DNA of 49,703 nt from an uncultured Collinsella sp. (GTDB lineage: Bacteria; Actinomycetota; Coriobacteriia; Coriobacteriales; Coriobacteriaceae): NCBI GenBank assembly GCA_938045085.1, contig CALINZ010000197.1, positions 1 to 49,703 of the forward strand, written 5' to 3'. Both the position numbers and the translations under genes were made by a program. Of the stretch, positions 18,422 to 27,042 are shown piece after piece. Position 1 is the first letter of the stretch; each line of letters begins with the position of its first letter. The notes beneath the pieces are model-generated. The model searched no databases, had not been told where the DNA came from, and saw nothing but the letters and a program-made list of their open reading frames with translations.

Positions 18422-19549
18422 ATGGCCCCCGCTCAGGCAAGCCTGCTGGCCAAGCTCGACACCCAAGAGCGCGTTCGCGATTTTTTGACCAACGCCGTCG
18501 CCAGCGGCCGCGCATCGCACGCCTACCTGTTTTTGGGCGCTCCCGGTGCCGGCAAGCTCGATGCCGCATGGGCGCTCGCCCAGGCCTTCCTGTGCGAGCA
18601 GGACGGCTGCGGAGCATGCGACAGCTGCGTACGCGTTGCTCGGCATACGCATCCTGACGTGCACTATTACACGCCCGAGAGCGCCACAGGCTACCTCATT
18701 GCCCAGACCCGCGAGCTGCTCGATGACGTGCCGCTGGCGCCCATCCGTGCCAAGGCCAAGGTCTACATCATCGATCGTGCCGAGCAACTGCGCGCTAACA
18801 CCGCCAACGCGCTGCTCAAGACACTCGAGGAGCCGCCCGAGGGCGTTATGTTCATCTTGTTGGGCACCTCGGCAGACGTGATGTTGCCCACCATCGTGAG
18901 CCGCTGTCAGTGCGTGCCGTTTCGGCTGGTGTCGCCCACCGTGGCCGCGCAGGCCGTGAGCCGCGCGACGGGTCAGGATCTCGCGCGTTGCCGCATGGCG
19001 GTCGCCGTGGCGGGAAGCCCCACACGCGGCATCGAGTTCCTTAAGAGTGCCGAGCGCCAGGATGCTCGCCGCCAAATGGTCCGCGCCATCGATTCGCTCA
19101 TCGCTGCCGACGAGGCTGATGTGCTCAGCCGCGCCAAGTCGCTCATCGTCGCCGTTAAGGCGCCGCTCGCCGAGGTCAAGTCCACACAGGAAAAGGTGCT
19201 CGAGCAAAACGCCGACTACCTGTCGCGTGGAGCATTGAAGCAGCTTGAGGACCGCAACAAGCGCGAACTCAACGCGCGCGAGCGTTCGGGTATCATGGAA
19301 GCGCTGGCGAGCGCGCGGACGCTCATGCGCGACGTGCTGCTGACACTTCAGGACGAGGCGGCCGACGTCGTGAACGAAGACGTGCGCGACACGATCGGGC
19401 GGCTTGCCGCCGCGACGAATGTTGCGGGTGCCACCCGGGCGCTCGAGGCGGTCGCGACCGCCGAGCGCAACATCGCCAGAAACGTTACTCCCCAGCTGGC
19501 CATCGAGGTCATGCTGTTCGATATCAGGAAGGCACTGAAATGCCGTTAG
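18422..19549 (+). CDS. holB: DNA polymerase III subunit delta'
   Basis: HAYLFLG, zinc motif C..CGACDSC, HPDV, ANALLKTLEEPP, TIVSRC; tmk-holB-yaaT synteny. Confidence 0.92.
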   Translation: MAPAQASLLAKLDTQERVRDFLTNAVASGRASHAYLFLGAPGAGKLDAAWALAQAFLCEQDGCGACDSCVRVARHTHPDVHYYTPESATGYLIAQTRELLDDVPLAPIRAKAKVYIIDRAEQLRANTANALLKTLEEPPEGVMFILLGTSADVMLPTIVSRCQCVPFRLVSPTVAAQAVSRATGQDLARCRMAVAVAGSPTRGIEFLKSAERQDARRQMVRAIDSLIAADEADVLSRAKSLIVAVKAPLAEVKSTQEKVLEQNADYLSRGALKQLEDRNKRELNARERSGIMEALASARTLMRDVLLTLQDEAADVVNEDVRDTIGRLAAATNVAGATRALEAVATAERNIARNVTPQLAIEVMLFDIRKALKCR

Positions 19550-21234
19550 TCGTACCCGTTAAGTTTACCTACGCCTCGCGCGACCTGTGGTTTGATCCGC
19601 AGGATCTGGATATCCTCGAGGCCGATTATGCCATTTGCTCCACCGAGCGCGGAACCGAGATCGGCCTGGTCACGGCCGATCCCTTCGAGGTGCCGCAAGA
19701 TGAGATCGGCCAGCCGCTCAAGCCCGTGCTGCGCGTGGCGAGCGACATCGACCTGCAGCTTGCCGACGACCTGGCCATCCAGGGCGACGAGGCCATGGTC
19801 GATTTCCGTCGTCTGGTCAAAGAGCTCGACCTCGAGATGAAGCCGGTCGGCGTCGAGTACCTGTTTGGCGGCGAGAAGGCTGTGTTCTACTTCGCGGCCG
19901 AGGAGCGCGTCGATTTCCGTCAGCTCGTCAAGGACCTGTCCTCGACGCTGCACATTCGCGTCGACATGCGCCAGATCGGCGTGCGCGACGAGACCCGCCT
20001 GGTGGGCGGCTATGCCCAGTGCGGCCAGGAGCTCTGCTGCACGCGCTTTGGCGGACAGTTTGAGCCGGTTTCGATCCGCATGGCAAAGGAGCAGGACCTG
20101 CCGCTCAACTCGTCCAAGATTAGTGGCGTCTGCGGCCGCCTGATGTGCTGCCTGCGCTACGAGTTCGAGGCGTACAAGGACTTTAAGAGCCGCGCGCCCA
20201 AAAAGAAGACGCTTATCGATACGCCGCTTGGCAAGGCGCGCATCCAGGAATATGACACGCCGCGTGAGCAGCTGGTGCTGCGCCTGGAGAACGGCAAAGT
20301 CTTTAAGGTCAACCTGGCCGATATGACGTGCTCGGAGGGTTGCAAAAAGAAGGCCGCCGAGCAGGGCTGCAACTGCCGCCCCGACTGCGTGACGCGCGAC
20401 GTGCTCGAGCGCATCGAGTCGCCCGAGATGCGTCTGGCGCTCATGGAACTCGATCGCGAAAACGGCGTCGACGTGGGCGATGGCCTGTCGAGCGCCGATC
20501 GTCTGGCCGGCACATCGATGCCCAAGCGCCGTCGTCGCGATGCCGAATCCGATGCTCGCACCGCTCAGGGCCAGGGCGAGGGCCGTGGCCGTGGAAAGGG
20601 CCGCGGCAAGGCCGAGGCGCCCGAGACCGAGGGAGCAGCCGATGGCCGTCGCCGCCGCAAGCGCACGGCGTCCGTCGACAATGGCGAGGCCGCGGGTAAG
20701 AACGCTTCCCGCGAGCGCGAGGCTCAGCAGCCCCAGCAGCAAAATCGCGGCGGTGGCATGAACCCCACGCGCCGTCGTCGCCGTCACCTGTCGAGCGAGG
20801 AGCGCGAGGACGCCTTCCGCGCCGCAGCTGCTCGCGAGGCCGGTGCCGCTCCCAAGGGCGCCTCGGCCTCCGACGCGCCTGCCGACAAGGCTGGCAAGCC
20901 GCGTGGCGAGGAGGAGCGCGCGTCACGTCCGCGTCGTCGCCATTCCTCGGGCGCGCAGCAGAAACCCTCGATTCCTTCTGTGGCCGATCAGGTTTCGGAT
21001 GGCGAAGTCAAGGTCACGCGCCGTCGCCCCGGCGATGGCGGAGGAGCTGCCGCCAAGGCTTCGCACGGCGGCGCTCGCGACGAGTGCGAACCGCGTGAGA
21101 ATCGCGGTGGCGAGGGCTCGACCGACCAGGGTCAAAAGCGTCGCCGTCGCCGTCGCTCCCGCAAGCCGCGCCAGGACGGCGGCGAAGGCTCGACCCGCAC
21201 CTCGTCCGCACCGCAACCGCCTACCGGCGAATAG
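19540..21234 (+). CDS. PSP1/YaaT (RicT-like) protein with long disordered Arg-rich C-terminus
   Basis: RVDFRQLVKDL, MRQIGVRDE, CGQELCC, MAKEQDL, GVCGRLMCCLRYE. Confidence 0.9.
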   Translation: MPLVVPVKFTYASRDLWFDPQDLDILEADYAICSTERGTEIGLVTADPFEVPQDEIGQPLKPVLRVASDIDLQLADDLAIQGDEAMVDFRRLVKELDLEMKPVGVEYLFGGEKAVFYFAAEERVDFRQLVKDLSSTLHIRVDMRQIGVRDETRLVGGYAQCGQELCCTRFGGQFEPVSIRMAKEQDLPLNSSKISGVCGRLMCCLRYEFEAYKDFKSRAPKKKTLIDTPLGKARIQEYDTPREQLVLRLENGKVFKVNLADMTCSEGCKKKAAEQGCNCRPDCVTRDVLERIESPEMRLALMELDRENGVDVGDGLSSADRLAGTSMPKRRRRDAESDARTAQGQGEGRGRGKGRGKAEAPETEGAADGRRRRKRTASVDNGEAAGKNASREREAQQPQQQNRGGGMNPTRRRRRHLSSEEREDAFRAAAAREAGAAPKGASASDAPADKAGKPRGEEERASRPRRRHSSGAQQKPSIPSVADQVSDGEVKVTRRRPGDGGGAAAKASHGGARDECEPRENRGGEGSTDQGQKRRRRRRSRKPRQDGGEGSTRTSSAPQPPTGE

Positions 21235-21335
21235 CGCCCGTAAACGGATGCAACCTGTCTGACCCCAGCACCTCTGGGTATCATGGCTCTACACCGACAA
21301 CCCTCCCTTCGCCTTCGCGTAGGGAGGGTTGTGTC

Positions 21336-22142
21336 ATGAAGAGACATCTGAACGTATTGACTCGCTTGCAGGGCGCAGGTGTCCTACCGTTTGCGGACGA
21401 ATTGCTACCGCTTGCCGAGCACGTGACATACGAGGCGCTCGAGGCGTTGTCGCCCACGCGATGCGCCGGCTGCGAGCGCTCCGGTGCGCTGATCTGCCAG
21501 GATTGTCTGGCATCGCTCGCGCTCATCGACCCGTGCCATAGCTGCATCCGATGTGGTGCCCCGTTTGGGGATTTGCTGTGCACCGAGTGCTCGGTCGAGG
21601 GCGCGTCTTCGGCAATGGCCGAGGCGCTCGATCGCTGTCTGGCGTGTGCCGTCTACGCACATCCGCTGCCGCGCATCATCAAGGCGTACAAGGATGCGGG
21701 CGAGCGCCGTCTGGCACCGTATCTGGCGGAGCTATTCTACGACACCGTCTTGCATGCCCAGGCGGCAGCCCCCGATCGCTACGGCGGTGTGCTGTCCGGT
21801 GCGGACGCGGTGGTGTTTGTGCCCGCGACTGCGGCGGCGTTTCGGCGGCGTGGATTCGACCATATGGAAGCAATTGCGCGCTCGTTTTGCGATCTTTCGG
21901 GTGTCCCGTTGCTGGACGCCCTGGTCAAATACGGTCATGGTGACCAGCGAGAGCTCGGCCGCGATGAGCGCCGGGAGCATGCCCGGGGCGTGTACGAGAC
22001 GGTCGAGGATGTGCGCGGCCGCCGTCTGCTGCTCATCGATGATGTCATTACCACGGGCGCGACCATGGCAGCGGCCTCGGCGGAGCTCAAACGTGCCGGT
22101 GCCGCGGCCGTCGATGGCCTCGCTATCGCACGCGTTTGGTAG
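21336..22142 (+). CDS. comF: ComF family protein (zinc ribbon plus PRTase)
   Basis: CAGC/CQDC/CIRC/CTEC, RRRGFDH, LLLIDDVITTGAT PRPP-binding motif. Confidence 0.9.
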   Translation: MKRHLNVLTRLQGAGVLPFADELLPLAEHVTYEALEALSPTRCAGCERSGALICQDCLASLALIDPCHSCIRCGAPFGDLLCTECSVEGASSAMAEALDRCLACAVYAHPLPRIIKAYKDAGERRLAPYLAELFYDTVLHAQAAAPDRYGGVLSGADAVVFVPATAAAFRRRGFDHMEAIARSFCDLSGVPLLDALVKYGHGDQRELGRDERREHARGVYETVEDVRGRRLLLIDDVITTGATMAAASAELKRAGAAAVDGLAIARVW

Positions 22143-22152
22143 GGGTGGTTTT

Positions 22153-23265
22153 GTGGCAGTGAAGATAGCGCGACGCATCGAGCCGACAAGCGAGCAACTG
22201 GCGGCCTCTGTAATCCTGACTGGCGCCTCGGCGCTGCGCATGATGCGCGCCGAGCGCCGACAAATGGGTTACATCAGTTGGAGGGACCTCGCTCCCGATG
22301 AAGAGTGCCGTGTGCTGCGCGCATCGTCGCCCTCGGCCGAGGACATCTATCTTTCCGATTTGGTGAGGATCGGGGTCGTGAGTGGCGAGGTTCAAGAAGA
22401 CCTGTGCCTACTGGTGGGGTCTGCAAAGCAGCGTCGCCGCATGCCTGGTGCAAGCTGGTCCGTTTGTTCTACAGGCCTGCCGGACGCTTCGATTTTGGAG
22501 GTGGAGCCGGGGGTGTACAGCTTGTCTCCCGAGGCCCTCTGTGCCGCCGTTGCGCGCGAAGTCGGCTGTATCCAGGCATTTGCCCTGGCCCAGGAGCTGT
22601 GCTCCAAGATTTCGCTGAGCGATCGCGGGCAGTATTTGCCTCCCTACAGCTCGCCTACCGTGAACAGGCTTGCAAAGGATAAGGACCAGCCGTCAGATGT
22701 GGGCTACTTTGAGGTAGAGCCAGTGCTGACGCCCGATCGCCTGGCAGATTACCTTGCGGCATGCAAGGGGAGCGCGGCCAAGCAGCTGCGGCGGCTGTGC
22801 CCCTTTCTGTCGGAAAACCTGCGCTCACCCATGGAATGCATCATGCTTGCCATGTTTTCGCTTCCGTTTTCCTATGGCGGATTTGCCTGCGGTCCCTTTA
22901 AGACCGACCACAAGATCGAGTTCAACGACCGAGCGCAGGCGATCTCGGGGATGCCGTATGCGGTTTGCGATGCCCATCAGGAAGCAGCCCGGTTTGACCT
23001 GGAATACAACGGTGAGCTGGGTCATTCCTCCCGGAGGGGACGTATCCATGATGAAAAACGCAACACGGGCTTGATTACTATGGGAATCGAGGTCGCGACG
23101 GTCAACAACGAAATGCTCCGCGACATGGAAGCGATGGAAGCGCTCGCATGGCGCATCCACCAGCGTATGGGTAAGCGATATCAGAATCGCGTAGAGGCTC
23201 GTCGAAAGAGGCAAGATGCTCTGCTGAATACGCTCCGAGCGTGCTTTGGGCTCAAGCCAGCGTAA
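22153..23265 (+). CDS. Hypothetical protein, AbiEi-like/DUF559 (Vsr-fold) nuclease-like C-terminus
   Basis: GTG start just after the comF stop. RSPME motif and C-terminal CD...DLEYNG..H...DEKR..L..MG.EV pattern resembling DUF559-type proteins (pattern recognition only). Confidence 0.65.
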   Translation: MAVKIARRIEPTSEQLAASVILTGASALRMMRAERRQMGYISWRDLAPDEECRVLRASSPSAEDIYLSDLVRIGVVSGEVQEDLCLLVGSAKQRRRMPGASWSVCSTGLPDASILEVEPGVYSLSPEALCAAVAREVGCIQAFALAQELCSKISLSDRGQYLPPYSSPTVNRLAKDKDQPSDVGYFEVEPVLTPDRLADYLAACKGSAAKQLRRLCPFLSENLRSPMECIMLAMFSLPFSYGGFACGPFKTDHKIEFNDRAQAISGMPYAVCDAHQEAARFDLEYNGELGHSSRRGRIHDEKRNTGLITMGIEVATVNNEMLRDMEAMEALAWRIHQRMGKRYQNRVEARRKRQDALLNTLRACFGLKPA

Positions 23266-23300
23266 AACTATGGCTTTATAGGGGGTCTGTTTATATGCTC

Positions 23301-23517
23301 TGTGCAAAAAACGGCAAATATGAGTACTGTTACTAGATTAGTGACAGCAAAAACAAAGAAACTTGGGCCGAAAATCTGGATTCAGCGAAGAGATAGTAAA
23401 CGAATGTGGAATATTTTGGCGCCAAGCAGGCTGTGCGGAACTCAAAAAGGGCTCGTGAGGCGGTAATACGCTGCTACTAAATTGGTGACAGTACTCATAT
23501 TTGCCGTTTTTTGCACA
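23301..23517. repeat. 217-bp element with long terminal inverted repeats
   Basis: Perfect 30-bp IR (23301-23330 / 23488-23517), extending imperfectly to 48 bp (42/48). AT-rich interior; no target-site duplication seen. Confidence 0.9.
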
Positions 23518-23537
23518 CGGCGCCCTGAGACGGGTGC

Positions 23538-23566
23538 CCCGGAGCTCCCCGTAGGGGAGCTCCGGG
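23538..23566. repeat. GC-rich perfect hairpin
   Basis: CCCGGAGCTCCCC-GTA-GGGGAGCTCCGGG. Confidence 0.7.
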
Positions 23567-23638
23567 CTTCATGGGGGCACGAATGGTCCGCTCCGACCTG
23601 CAAAATCTGTGCTCACGGTGCGAATGACGCCCCTAACC

Positions 23639-23667
23639 TTAAACTTTAGCTTGAACTTAGCTATAAT
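23639..23667 (+). promoter_or_regulatory. Housekeeping-sigma promoter of the raiA-motif RNA
   Basis: TTAAAC-17 nt-TATAAT, ending 7 nt before the predicted RNA 5' end. Confidence 0.7.
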
Positions 23668-23674
23668 GCGCTAC

Positions 23675-23939
23675 GTTCCTGCCAGGCTGTGGTTGCGGAC
23701 GGACGAAATGTCCATCCTAGTCCAAGACAGACGCGGTCAAAGGGATCCACGTAAGCGACCGCGTGCGCGCGGCGCGATCATGGCGCGTCCTAGATGTAAG
23801 CCGCACCGTCCGTTCTACTTTCTTTGGGGCAATACCGCCTCGCGGGCGAGCGGGCCAGTCGTGAAGGTGGCTGCGGCCTCCCGAGCAAACGCCCCGGTGC
23901 GCAAGTGTGGGGTCAAATACCAGGTCAGCTGGTGGGAAC
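23675..23939 (+). ncRNA. raiA motif RNA (large structured ncRNA)
   Basis: Closing stem GTTCCTGCCAG / CTGGTGGGAAC. Blocks TGTGGTTG, GATCCACGTAAG, CATGG..CG..CTAGA.GTAAG, GGCGAG.GGG.CAGT.GTGA and GTGTGGGG.CAAA.ACCAGGTCAG match the raiA consensus as recalled. Context comF - RNA - SBP - hpf fits the motif. Confidence 0.85.
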
Positions 23940-24016
23940 AACCCGATATTCCGTGCAGGGCACGGATCGTATACGACACAGAAGGCAGGGTAGTGGACAT
24001 GGTGAGGGGCAGCTTG

Positions 24017-25009
24017 ATGCATGCGGCTCGGTTAGGTGCTGGGACCGCGGTGGTCATTGCCGTTTTGGGCCTGAGTGGATGTGCGTTCAATCCACTGTCC
24101 ACGTTCACGACGCCCACGATCGACCAGATCGAGCGCGAGACCGTTACCCCCACGGTATCGGACGATGCCCTGGTCACGCCGGGAACCCTGACGGTCGCCC
24201 TCGATACTTCCGATGCCCCGCAAGCCATGCAGGATGCCGACGGAAACCTCACGGGCTATGCGGTCGATGCCGCTCGTGCCCTTGCATGCCGCATGGGTCT
24301 CAAAGTCGCCTTTGTCGATGCGTCCTCGGCCGATTCTGCGCTCAGCGATAAAAAGGCCGACATCTTTATTGGCGACGCCAGGTCTACGGACGGCGATATC
24401 AGCTCACTTGGCACCTGTCTGTACGACGCCCCCGCCGTATTCGGCAAGAGCAGTGACGGCGAGTCGCTGAGCGTTTCCACCGAAACGCTTAACACCGCTA
24501 CCCTGGGCGTTCAGACCTCCTCGGCCTCGCAGGAGGCGCTCGCCAAGCAAAGCATCACCGCCAACCAAAAGACCTTCTCCAACATCAATGAGTGCTTTGA
24601 GGCGCTCGAGTCGGGCGAGGTCGATTACGTGATCTGTGATTCCACGGCTGGTGGCTACCTCGCGCGTCTGATGAGCCAGATCTCCTATGTCGGTACGCTC
24701 GAGGCGCCCTCCACGCTTGGCGTCGCAGGCCTAAGCTCTAACGATGAGCTGTGCCGTGCCGCGAGCGATGCCCTCGATGGCATCACGGTCGATGGCACGC
24801 TCGAGGCAGTCCACTGCGTCTGGTACGGACAGATGCCCTATGACCTTACCGCCAAGACCGTTTCGGGGGCCAATGTGCAGGCATCCGACTCCACGTCCAA
24901 CGAGACCGAGTCCTCCGATGACGACGCCTCTGATAACAACGGCGACAGCCCGTCGTCTAGCCAGGAGGGCACCATCACCGACGATGACATCAACAAGCTC
25001 AATAGCTAG
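24017..25009 (+). CDS. Amino-acid-type ABC substrate-binding lipoprotein (SBP family 3)
   Basis: Lipobox LSG-C; PGTLTVA, GYAVD, ALESGEVDYVI; Ser/Asp-rich tail; GAGGGG RBS. Alternative start 23999. Confidence 0.82.
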   Translation: MHAARLGAGTAVVIAVLGLSGCAFNPLSTFTTPTIDQIERETVTPTVSDDALVTPGTLTVALDTSDAPQAMQDADGNLTGYAVDAARALACRMGLKVAFVDASSADSALSDKKADIFIGDARSTDGDISSLGTCLYDAPAVFGKSSDGESLSVSTETLNTATLGVQTSSASQEALAKQSITANQKTFSNINECFEALESGEVDYVICDSTAGGYLARLMSQISYVGTLEAPSTLGVAGLSSNDELCRAASDALDGITVDGTLEAVHCVWYGQMPYDLTAKTVSGANVQASDSTSNETESSDDDASDNNGDSPSSSQEGTITDDDINKLNS

Positions 25010-25074
25010 TTATTGGTAGGGGTGGCGCCTGCCATACATTGAACGAGGCACTTCTTCACGGTTTCAACACGCAT

Positions 25075-25108
25075 AGCCGGGTCTCCCTAATAGGGGAGCC
25101 CGGCTTTT
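25075..25108 (+). terminator. Intrinsic terminator
   Basis: AGCCGGG...CCCGGCT followed by a T tract. Confidence 0.7.
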
Positions 25109-25326
25109 CTATTTTGGTAAAAACGGCAGGTAAAAGCTGATTTCCAGGAGAAAAACTAGCTTTGCCGACGCCTTCCTATAGCGCACTTTGCCACGGAAAA
25201 GTGCGAGACTTCGGTATGCGGTATCAAGCAGTCGTTATTCGGGTCTTTGGGAAATCGCGTGATTAAATGCACGGCAATGGGTACATAGCCAGTACAGTAA
25301 GTCCCCGAGGCAGATTGGAGCCACGT

Positions 25327-25911
25327 ATGGATATCAAGGTTTCTGGACGCAAGACGACGGTAACCGATGCTCTGCGTGCGCATGTGGATGAGAAAATCGG
25401 CGAGGCGCTCAAGGTTTTCGACATCGAGCCCATGACAGTCGACGTCGTGCTTCGTTATGAGAAGAACCCCTCGAACCCCAACCCGGCAATCGTCGAGGTC
25501 ACGGCTCGTGCCCGCGGTTCGGTGATTCGCGTTGCCGAGCACGGCGCAGATATGTATGCTGCCATCGACCTCTCCGCCGATAAGGTCACCCGCCAGCTGC
25601 GCAAGTTCAAGACCAAGGTCGTGGACAACCGCCAGGGTGGTGCCAGTGCCGCGGATGTCGCGCCGGTCGAGCGCGTTGAGGATCTGGCCGACCTGCTGCT
25701 GCCCGAGGAGGACGACGACCTGCTCGTCCGCGAGAAGGTCATCGATGTCACCCCGATGACCGAGGAGCAGGCGCTGGTGCAGACCGATTTGCTGGGCCAC
25801 GACTTCTACGTGTTCGAGAACGCGACGACCGGTCTCATCAATGTGGTGTATCACCGTAAGAATGGTGGATATGGCATCATCAAGCCCCGCATCGAAACAC
25901 TTGACGAGTAA
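25327..25911 (+). CDS. hpf: Ribosome hibernation promoting factor (long HPF/RaiA)
   Basis: DMYAAIDL...RQLRKFKTK and C-terminal LLGHDFYVF...NVVYHRKNGGYGII. Confidence 0.95.
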   Translation: MDIKVSGRKTTVTDALRAHVDEKIGEALKVFDIEPMTVDVVLRYEKNPSNPNPAIVEVTARARGSVIRVAEHGADMYAAIDLSADKVTRQLRKFKTKVVDNRQGGASAADVAPVERVEDLADLLLPEEDDDLLVREKVIDVTPMTEEQALVQTDLLGHDFYVFENATTGLINVVYHRKNGGYGIIKPRIETLDE

Positions 25912-25940
25912 AATACGTTAACTTGCATGAGTTAACGGTT

Positions 25941-25972
25941 GGCGGCCATCCCATGCGGGTGGCCGCCTTTTT
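25941..25972 (+). terminator. Intrinsic terminator after hpf
   Basis: GGCGGCCA...TGGCCGCC followed by a T run. Confidence 0.7.
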
Positions 25973-25990
25973 ACGTAAGGAGTCGCTTTG

Positions 25991-26944
25991 ATGGACAAGG
26001 CCGCATCCGCCGGTCATTCGAACCGTTGCCGCATCGTCGTCGATACCTGCTGCGACTTTAGCCCCGAGGTCGCCGCGAACCTCGATGTCGATATCCTGGG
26101 TTTCCCTTTCATTATCGATGGCGAGGAGCGCACAGACGACATCTGGTCGAGCATGAGCCCTAAGGAGTTCTACGACCGCATGCGCGCCGGTGCCCGCGTG
26201 TCCACCTCGGCTGTGTCGCTCGGTCGCTATATCGAGTTTTTTACCGAGTGCGCCAAAGAGGGCACGCCCACGGTCTACCTGTGCTTTACCTCGGCGCTGT
26301 CGTCGAGCTACAACTCCGCGTGCCAGGCGGCAGATGTCGTGCGCGCCGAGTATCCCAACTTTGAGCTCTACGTGGTCGACAACGCTCTGCCCTGCGCGAC
26401 CGGTGCGCTCTTGGCGCTCGAGGCCGTGCGCCAGCGTTCGGCGGGACTGACCGCCAAGCAGCTGGTCGATTGGGCAAACGAGGCAAAGACCTACGTGCAC
26501 GGCTACTTTACGCTCGAGAGCTTCGACGCACTGGCTGCCGGCGGCCGCATTCCTCCCGCGGCGGCGCAGCTCACGGCAAAGCTCGACGTCAAGCCCGAGC
26601 TCTCCTACGACCTGGCCGGCTCGCTGTCGCTGATCGGCGTCAACCGCGGCCGCAAGAAGGCGCTCAAGTCCATCCTCAAGTCGTTCCGCGAGAACTACGT
26701 GCCCGATCGCACCATGCCCATCGCCATCATGACGGCCGATGCCGAAAAGGATGGTGACTGGCTCGAAGCCGCCATCCGCAAGGAGGAGGGTTGCGCCGAC
26801 GTCACGATCATTCGCGGCTCCGTGGGTCCCACCATCGGCTCGCACGTGGGCCCCGGCATGGTGTGCTGCGCGTTTTGGGGTAAGAACCGCGCCGACAAGG
26901 CGTCGCTTTCCGACCGTATCGCCCGCCGCGTGCGCGGTCAGTAG
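25991..26944 (+). CDS. DegV family fatty-acid-binding protein
   Basis: IVVDTCCD, STSA, SALSSSYNSA, GGRI, KLDVKP, IGSHVGPG. Confidence 0.92.
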   Translation: MDKAASAGHSNRCRIVVDTCCDFSPEVAANLDVDILGFPFIIDGEERTDDIWSSMSPKEFYDRMRAGARVSTSAVSLGRYIEFFTECAKEGTPTVYLCFTSALSSSYNSACQAADVVRAEYPNFELYVVDNALPCATGALLALEAVRQRSAGLTAKQLVDWANEAKTYVHGYFTLESFDALAAGGRIPPAAAQLTAKLDVKPELSYDLAGSLSLIGVNRGRKKALKSILKSFRENYVPDRTMPIAIMTADAEKDGDWLEAAIRKEEGCADVTIIRGSVGPTIGSHVGPGMVCCAFWGKNRADKASLSDRIARRVRGQ

Positions 26945-27042
26945 GCAAGCGCTGCGTCCGTAATCGCCCTCGACTCACAGCCCAAACGCTGGCACCGAGT
27001 ATTCAACCTGGTAACAACACCCAACCCAAAAGGAAAGGTTTC

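Noticed and set aside
21553..22152. 570-aa ORF suggesting a comF overlap or frameshift fusion
   Set aside because: The N-terminal 200 aa are off-frame comF sequence. comF has its own stop at 22142 and a GTG start with a G-rich RBS follows at 22153.
23301..23517. Classical IS element
   Set aside because: The IRs do not enclose an ORF, there is no TSD, and the neighbouring gene has no DDE or HUH motif.
23609..24016. N-terminal extension of the SBP ORF
   Set aside because: It overlaps the promoter and raiA-motif RNA; the lipoprotein signal places the start near 24017.
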